From NCBI GenBank assembly GCA_020634015.1, contig JACKCN010000001.1:813114-845113 (forward strand): DNA of 32,000 nt, given 5' to 3'. A program made the translations under genes and the position numbers. This document shows, piece after piece, positions 26,639 to 32,000 of the stretch. The notes under the pieces are model-generated. The model ran no database searches. It saw only the letters and a program-made list of their open reading frames with translations, and was not told the origin of the DNA. This DNA comes from Candidatus Delongbacteria bacterium (GTDB lineage: Bacteria; CAIWAD01). Position 1 is the first letter of the stretch; the number at the start of each line of letters is the position of its first letter.

Positions 26639-27258
26639 TCGACGGTCACTTTCGAGAGGGTCTCGATCAACGGTTCAATGGCCACCGCCCAGCTTTCCAG
26701 GCCTTCGCTCAACTCGTACTCCAGCAGGTCGGCCAGCAGAATCAGGTCACGATTCTCCTGGGCCGAAATCACTTCGTCCAGCAGCGGCTCGAAGGTGCCC
26801 GAGAACCCGGTGATCACCACGGCCAACTCGCCGGGCAGGTAGCGGGTGAGAATGCGCCCCATCTGGGTCACGCCCGACTTGAGCAGCTCGAAGTTGTCGA
26901 TGATCCGGAACAGCACCAGGGTGGCCGTGGCTTCATCGCCGATGCGAAGCTGATCGGCACAGGTGGCCAGATCACGGCGCAGGGGCGCCACCATTTCCGC
27001 GGTCACCTTCAGGGATTCGGCCACCAGTTCCTCGGGACGGTGCACGCCCAGTTCCAGCGACTGCGGTTTGCCCAGTCCGTCAATGGCGTTCAAGTCACGC
27101 CCGGTGACATCCTCGCCGTTCACGCGCACGTGGGTGATCAGCAGGCCGCTGTCACGCATGGCCAGCGCCACCTGCTCCATCAGGGACCGGTAATCCAGCC
27201 CACCCAGCGGCACGCCGGAAGGCAGGGCCCAGGGTTCTCCGTTCACGATGATCTGCAT
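26635..27258 (-). CDS. hypothetical protein (possible beta-grasp-like N-terminus + helical C-terminal domain)
   Basis: 207 aa. GGAGGA SD 5 nt upstream of the ATG at 27258, which lies inside the 3' end of the upstream gene (16-nt overlap). The N-terminus MQIIVNGEPWALPSG...ITHVRVNGEDVTG is ThiS/MoaD-like in pattern only. I recognise no family. Confidence 0.7.
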   Translation of the reverse strand: MQIIVNGEPWALPSGVPLGGLDYRSLMEQVALAMRDSGLLITHVRVNGEDVTGRDLNAIDGLGKPQSLELGVHRPEELVAESLKVTAEMVAPLRRDLATCADQLRIGDEATATLVLFRIIDNFELLKSGVTQMGRILTRYLPGELAVVITGFSGTFEPLLDEVISAQENRDLILLADLLEYELSEGLESWAVAIEPLIETLSKVTVE

Positions 27259-28982
27259 GGTTCCTCCAGGGGACGGGCATCCTTGCGGCTGCCGGTCGGG
27301 GTTGAATAGGTCGTTTTCAGTGTATCCAGAATCTCGCGCACCCGATGTCGGTACAGGTGCCTGCTCAAAACCGTCTCACGGGACTCGCGTGCCAGGCGGC
27401 TCCAGAGCGGACGATCACGCAGCAGCCGGTTGCTCAGCTCCAGGGCCTCTTCGGGCGTGTGCCAGGCCAGACAGTCCCGCCCGGGAGTGAAGAGCAGCTC
27501 CAGGTCTTCCTGGGCGTCACCCAGCACCACGCTGCCACACAGGGGCACATCAAAGGCGCGCTGGTTCAGCGCCGTGGGCATCTGGCGGCTGGTGCTGTTC
27601 AGGTTCACCCGGCAGCCCCCATAATGCAGGGGCAGCGCTCCGTAGTAGTCCAGGCCCGGCAGCAGGCGCAGGGCCGGCTCCAGGTTCTGCCAGCCGCGGT
27701 CACCACAGACCACGAAATCGCGCTGGGCAAAGGCACGCACCAGGTCCAGGCGGTCCCGCTGGGTGCCTTCCAGTACCAGCAGGCTCTGCAGTGTGCGCCA
27801 GCCGCGCTCGTCCAGACCCGAAGCCAGCAGGGGAATCCGCAGGCGCTGTTCTTCCAGGAAGGTCTCCACGGGAATCCGGCGCCCATTGAGGACCCAGTCT
27901 TCCAGCAGGCGTTCGTACTCGCGACGCTGGGCCGTGTTCAGCCCCAGCCGGATGCTCCACTTGGAGACGGCCTCGACATTGGAGCCCCCCACGAAACTGC
28001 AATCGCGCTGGCTGCCGGCCGCGCCCCGTGTGGCGAACTCGCCATTGCCCGCCAGCGGCAACCACTGGACCGAACCAAAGGGCAGCTGCTGCATCGCGGG
28101 CAGCCAGTGGCGCTCCCAGACGAAGAGATGCGTGTTGCCCGTGGCCACCCCGTGATGCCCGTCGAGAATGTAGACGGGGCTGTCCACGTACCATACCGCC
28201 ACGGGTATGCGCAGTTTCTCCAGAATCGCCGCCAGCCGTCCTTCTGCATCGAAGCCGATGTGGTTCACGCAGAACACCAGGTCCGGGCGGAAGTCACCCA
28301 GCTTCTCCAGCAGCCGGTTGAGGAAGTCCTCGTCGATCTTCAATTCCTGATGCACGACCGTGGGCGCGATCCGGTTGCCTTCGCGGCTCAGCGGCACTTC
28401 CAGCACCTCGCAGCCCTGCTCGCGGAAGGCGCGGCTGCATTCGCGCAGCAGGAAGTAGCCACTCTGCAGCACCAGCACGCGCCGCCCCTGCCAGCTGCGT
28501 GTGCGCAGACTGCCCAGGCGCGAAGGATTCAGCCCGGGGCTGAAGTGCTCCAGCAGCCCGGCAGCCCAGCCGGGAAACGCCGCGCGATAGGCAGTGTTCA
28601 CCACCAGGTACAGATCCGGATATCCGCGTTCCATCTGTTCGCGCGTGATGGCATCCACCAGCTGCATGGGTGTTCCGTGCAGGAGGCGTACGCCGCTCGG
28701 GGGCCGCTGCTCGCCGGAAATCCGCGCGCCGGTGCGAGGCGGTTCCAGCTGGAGCACGCCCTGCCAGTCACCGCGGGAGGCCTCCTCGGCCAGGTACCCC
28801 AGCCCGCCGCCCAGCAGCAGCAACATGGCTGGCTGCTGCACACCCAGGCCTGCCAGCAGCGTGCGAGCCTCGCGACGCGGGTCCAGCGGGCTGTGCACGG
28901 CCAGCCTGCGCTCCCCGCAGCTCAGCCAGAGAGTCGCATCACCCCGGCGCGAGGGGCCGCTTTCGAATGCCCATTCACTCAT
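27243..28982 (-). CDS. CgeB-like glycosyltransferase (DUF3880 + Glyco_trans_1_2-like) with Maf/DUF115-like N-terminal region
   Basis: 579 aa. N-terminus: LAVHSPLDPRREARTLLAGLGVQQPAMLLLLGGGLGYLAEEA, a motility-accessory-factor-like pattern. Middle: RPDLVFCVNHIGFD...IPVAVWYVDSP. C-terminus: CSFVGGS...VNLNSTSRQMPTALNQRAFDVPLCGSVVLGD...SRHLYRHRVREIL, typical of CgeB/Glyco_trans_1_2. It has an 8-nt overlap with the upstream gene. Confidence 0.8.
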   Translation of the reverse strand: MSEWAFESGPSRRGDATLWLSCGERRLAVHSPLDPRREARTLLAGLGVQQPAMLLLLGGGLGYLAEEASRGDWQGVLQLEPPRTGARISGEQRPPSGVRLLHGTPMQLVDAITREQMERGYPDLYLVVNTAYRAAFPGWAAGLLEHFSPGLNPSRLGSLRTRSWQGRRVLVLQSGYFLLRECSRAFREQGCEVLEVPLSREGNRIAPTVVHQELKIDEDFLNRLLEKLGDFRPDLVFCVNHIGFDAEGRLAAILEKLRIPVAVWYVDSPVYILDGHHGVATGNTHLFVWERHWLPAMQQLPFGSVQWLPLAGNGEFATRGAAGSQRDCSFVGGSNVEAVSKWSIRLGLNTAQRREYERLLEDWVLNGRRIPVETFLEEQRLRIPLLASGLDERGWRTLQSLLVLEGTQRDRLDLVRAFAQRDFVVCGDRGWQNLEPALRLLPGLDYYGALPLHYGGCRVNLNSTSRQMPTALNQRAFDVPLCGSVVLGDAQEDLELLFTPGRDCLAWHTPEEALELSNRLLRDRPLWSRLARESRETVLSRHLYRHRVREILDTLKTTYSTPTGSRKDARPLEEPCRSS

Positions 28983-30690
28983 GGCAGATGGGGTCCAGTT
29001 CCTGAGTCCGGGTCACGGGTTCCAGCTCACGGATCACCGTGTCCAGCATGTTCGCCAGCTCGAGGGCCCGGTGGGCCAGCGTGTCGTAGATCCGGCCCAT
29101 GGCGCGATTGGTGCGTTCGAAATCCGGTTCCTGGTCCAGTTCCTCCTTGTCAAAGCGGAAGAGCACGGCCAGCGGGCGCAACCAGGTGTGCGACATCTCG
29201 CGCTTGAACAGGGTGGCGTCAATCTCGATCACCCGGCTTGACACGCGCTCCAGCAGTTTCAGACTGGGTGCAGAGTTGGAGAGGTCCAGTGCCACTTCAC
29301 CGGTCAGGGCATGCCCTTCGCCGGCCAGCTGGATCACATCGTCCAGAATCTCGCGGGCCTGATTGCAGCGATGCAGCAACAGAGCGGGATCCGGGGCGAC
29401 GGCCAGCCGCGCGCGCAGACCGGCCAGCTCATCGACCAGCGAAAGCGCCAGGGGCTCGCGGACACCCGCGCGCAGCTCGGTCTTCCAGAGCCTGCGGTAA
29501 CACAGGCTGAAGATCGCTTCCGGAGACAGCTGCTCCTGCAGCAGCGGCACCAGGGTCTGGAAGCCTTCGGCATCGCGTTCGCAACGGAAGACATGCACTC
29601 GCTCGGCGTCGGGCCAGGTCTCCGGCACGCTGCCGTCCAGTTGCATCCGGGCGGCGGCGGCCACCGCGGCCGGAGTGATCCAGTCACGGCAGTTGATGTG
29701 CGGGCATTCCACATGGTGGCTGCAGGGCGAACAGGCGATGCGCGGCTGCAGCACCAGCGTTCCGGGCAGGTAGGCCGCAGTCTCCTCGGGCAGGGCGGTA
29801 GCCAGGAAGAGGCTCACCACGGGAGTCCCCATGGCGGCCGCGATGTGCATGGTGCCGGTGTCGTTGCTGATCAGCAGGTCGGCGCGAGTGCAGAGTGCAC
29901 TGAGCTGCGCCAGGTTGGTCTGGCCGCTCAGGTCGTGATACACCAGCTCGGGAGCCAGAGTCATCAACGAGGCGGCCAGTGGCATTTCCTTCTGGGTGCC
30001 ACAGAGCAGGAACCGCGCCCCGCACTCTTCGGCCAGAATGCGCGCGCAGCGGGCGAAACTTTCCAGCGGCCAGCGGCGGTTGTCGCGGCTGGCTCCCAGC
30101 TGCAGCATCACCAGGGGGCCCGGTCCGTCCAGCGGCAAGTCGGCGGCCCAGCGGCGGGCCTCGTCACCCGGTTCGAGGCAGAGTGCCTGACCGACGCCCT
30201 TGGGCAGATTGCCGATGCGGCGGTAGATGTCCACCAGATTGAAGGAATTGAAACCCCGGTTGGCGGTCACGTTGAAGAAGTACTTGACCCAGTCGTGCTT
30301 GATGTCGCGCTGGCCCGTGCGGTGCACGCTGAGGCCACGGATCTCGCCCCGCGCCACCAGCTGGCTCAGCAGGGCGCTGTCATGGCTGTGGGTCAGGTTG
30401 ATCACCAGATCCCAGGACCGCTGGCCAAGAGCCCGCACGAAATTGCGATGCCAGATCACCGCATCACCGAAGGTCCAGCCCGGTGCCATCAGGCGGCTCA
30501 CACTCTCGTCCTGTTCGTAGACCAGTACCTCGTCCACGGCGGGAATCTGCTGGGCCACTCCGCGGAAGGCGTCGATCACCAGCAGCGCGATGTGCGCATC
30601 TGGATGCTGCTGGCGCAGACCCTGCAACAGCGGCGAGGTCTGCACGATGTCGCCCATGCGGGTCAGGTTGATCACCAGGATCTCAGCCAC
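28975..30690 (-). CDS. GT9 (heptosyltransferase-like) glycosyltransferase fused to an unassigned ~215-aa C-terminal helical domain
   Basis: 571 aa with a GTG start at 30690. GT9 motifs: ILVINLTRMGDIVQTSPLL, MLQLGASRDNRRWP, LLISNDTGTMHIAAAMGTPVVSLF. The GT9 fold ends near aa 350. Residues ~355-571 have no recognisable family. It has 8-nt overlaps at both ends. Confidence 0.85.
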   Translation of the reverse strand: MAEILVINLTRMGDIVQTSPLLQGLRQQHPDAHIALLVIDAFRGVAQQIPAVDEVLVYEQDESVSRLMAPGWTFGDAVIWHRNFVRALGQRSWDLVINLTHSHDSALLSQLVARGEIRGLSVHRTGQRDIKHDWVKYFFNVTANRGFNSFNLVDIYRRIGNLPKGVGQALCLEPGDEARRWAADLPLDGPGPLVMLQLGASRDNRRWPLESFARCARILAEECGARFLLCGTQKEMPLAASLMTLAPELVYHDLSGQTNLAQLSALCTRADLLISNDTGTMHIAAAMGTPVVSLFLATALPEETAAYLPGTLVLQPRIACSPCSHHVECPHINCRDWITPAAVAAAARMQLDGSVPETWPDAERVHVFRCERDAEGFQTLVPLLQEQLSPEAIFSLCYRRLWKTELRAGVREPLALSLVDELAGLRARLAVAPDPALLLHRCNQAREILDDVIQLAGEGHALTGEVALDLSNSAPSLKLLERVSSRVIEIDATLFKREMSHTWLRPLAVLFRFDKEELDQEPDFERTNRAMGRIYDTLAHRALELANMLDTVIRELEPVTRTQELDPICHE

Positions 30691-31954
30691 GGGAGGCCCC
30701 CTCGAGCATCTGGTCGATCTTCTTGCTGCGAGCCCATTCCTGAATGCGGCCCATGTAGAGGAACAGGCGCTCGGTCTCGCCCAGTTCGCCCTCGAGCTGG
30801 CTCACGTGACGCGCGATCGAGGACACCGTGTGATCCACATCGGGTGGCAGCTGGGCCAGCCAGGCGGCCAGTTCCGGATCGGCCTCGGCCACCAGGCCCG
30901 CTTCCTTGCGCGGAGCGGCGGTGGGGAACCAGTCCGCGCCCAGCTGATGCGCCAGCTCCAGGAACTCGGCCATTCGCACCTTGAAGGTGTGACGGGCCAG
31001 CACTTCGCGCCGCCCCGCCTCGGCCATCTCCCGGGCCTGCCCGGGATGCTCCAGGTACCAGGTCACCAGGTCGCGCAGTTCGTTGGTGTCACGGTAGGTG
31101 GCCAGATGCTTGCCGGGAACCAGCAGTTCCGGCAGCAGGCTGCGCTGGTCCACCAGCTGGAATCCGCCGCAGGCCAGGATGTCGAAGACACGCGGGTTCA
31201 CGAAGTCGCCATCGGGATCGACGCCCGCGTGATAGGTGGAACTGTGCAGGTTCAGATTGATCCGGCTGTTGGAGAAGATCCAGCGGTTGCGGGCCTCGTC
31301 CGTGCGCCGACCTCCGTCCTGGATCATGTCGAAGGCCGGGTGCAGCGGGTTCCAGTCGGAGCCCCAGATCTTCAGCCCGTGGTCACGCAGTTCCAGGAAC
31401 GCGGTCTGGCGATTGTGATACCCGGCGCCCACGAAACTGAGCGGGATGCTCTCCTCGGGCGTTCCAGGCTCGGGAAAGTGGACCGAGGGGTCGCTGCAGA
31501 GCGGCAGGTAGCGCACGGGGTTTCCCGAGAGCGCGGCCAGCTGCTCGTGGAAGCGGCCCTTCTGGATGGTGAGAAACAGGTCGAAATGCCCATGCAGGGC
31601 CTTCCAGTAGGGCATGGTCTCGTAGTCCTCGACGAACCAGAAGGCCGTGCGTGCTCCCTGCTGGCGCAGCTGCTCGCTGACCCGCGCGCTCACCGGGCTC
31701 TGGGCCAGCGCGAACACCAGGTCGGGCCGGAAGCGCGAGGCTTCCAGCAGCACCAGCTGACCCATCAGCTCTTCGAATCCGGAGAGCAGACTGCGGCCCT
31801 TGAGATGCCGGTCGCCCGCGTTCAGCAAGGTGCGATGAGCCTGCTCCATGCCGTCCAGTGAGACACTCTGCACCGTGTGCCCCAGCGCCCGAAAGGCCTC
31901 GGCCGCGTGACGCGCCAGCGGCAATGAACCGCCATACACCGGCTCCACGACCAT
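30683..31954 (-). CDS. CgeB-like glycosyltransferase (DUF3880 + Glyco_trans_1_2-like)
   Basis: 423 aa from the ATG at 31954. Motifs: RIMVVEPVYGGS, RPDLVFALAQSP, TAFWFVEDYETMPYW, SFVGAGYHNR, INLNLHSS...VNPRVFDILACGGFQLVD...ARHTFKVRMAEFLE. The reading frame stays open from 31954 to the window edge (32000), so a longer N-terminus or an in-frame upstream gene cannot be excluded. Confidence 0.8.
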   Translation of the reverse strand: MVVEPVYGGSLPLARHAAEAFRALGHTVQSVSLDGMEQAHRTLLNAGDRHLKGRSLLSGFEELMGQLVLLEASRFRPDLVFALAQSPVSARVSEQLRQQGARTAFWFVEDYETMPYWKALHGHFDLFLTIQKGRFHEQLAALSGNPVRYLPLCSDPSVHFPEPGTPEESIPLSFVGAGYHNRQTAFLELRDHGLKIWGSDWNPLHPAFDMIQDGGRRTDEARNRWIFSNSRINLNLHSSTYHAGVDPDGDFVNPRVFDILACGGFQLVDQRSLLPELLVPGKHLATYRDTNELRDLVTWYLEHPGQAREMAEAGRREVLARHTFKVRMAEFLELAHQLGADWFPTAAPRKEAGLVAEADPELAAWLAQLPPDVDHTVSSIARHVSQLEGELGETERLFLYMGRIQEWARSKKIDQMLEGASRG

Positions 31955-32000
31955 GATCCGCAGACGGCGTTCGCTGGCACGCAGCTGCCCCAGCTGGACC

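Noticed and set aside
27345-31861. Three long + strand ORFs (27345-29207, 29311-30984, 30590-31861) antisense to the glycosyltransferase operon
   Set aside because: The minus-strand products carry clear GT9 and CgeB-like motifs plus coupled start/stop overlaps. The plus-strand translations are Q/G/A/R/H/P-rich with no recognisable domains.
1-32000. Scan for rRNA, tRNA, CRISPR arrays, IS elements/inverted terminal repeats, integrases and prophage genes
   Set aside because: I saw no T-loop or anticodon-arm patterns, no regularly spaced repeats, no transposase or integrase-like ORFs, and no long terminal inverted repeats. This scan was by eye only and is not exhaustive.

Overview
GC-rich bacterial chromosomal window with strong G/C preference at third codon positions. 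I found no rRNA, tRNA, CRISPR array, transposase or integrase. Four predicted exported proteins end in a Por/T9SS type-A C-terminal sorting domain (..N[FY]PNPFNPxT...SGVYYYR..), which suggests an FCB-superphylum (Bacteroidota-like or related candidate phylum) organism. Layout: (i) 1-14094 is an accessory-looking cell-surface locus. It holds three paralogous T9SS cargo proteins (1134, 1804 and about 682 aa) that share a colinear C-terminal stalk of about 660 aa (cohesin-like, Ig-like, FN3-like, dockerin-like, beta-rich segment, T9SS CTD) under completely different N-terminal heads. It also holds a 228-aa secreted cohesin-like+FN3 protein without a CTD and a divergently transcribed beta-helix T9SS protein. 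(ii) 14111-26172 is mostly ordinary: aldehyde dehydrogenase, e(P4)-type acid phosphatase lipoprotein, a solitary helical HEPN/DUF5677-like protein, a GH13 amylase, a secreted CotH-kinase/lamin-tail-domain protein, a TPR-thioredoxin-TlpA operon and a DUF502 membrane protein. (iii) 26210-32000 is a five-gene, translationally coupled minus-strand operon. It has two CgeB-like glycosyltransferases (one with a Maf/DUF115-like N-terminus), a GT9 heptosyltransferase-like enzyme fused to an unassigned helical domain of about 215 aa, and two small unassigned proteins. My best candidates for an undescribed system are the T9SS cohesin/dockerin-like surface-protein family and the glycosyltransferase operon, which may be a protein-glycosylation module. 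All family assignments come from motif recognition by eye, because no HMM or BLAST search could be run. Many long antisense ORFs in the track are GC-bias artefacts.
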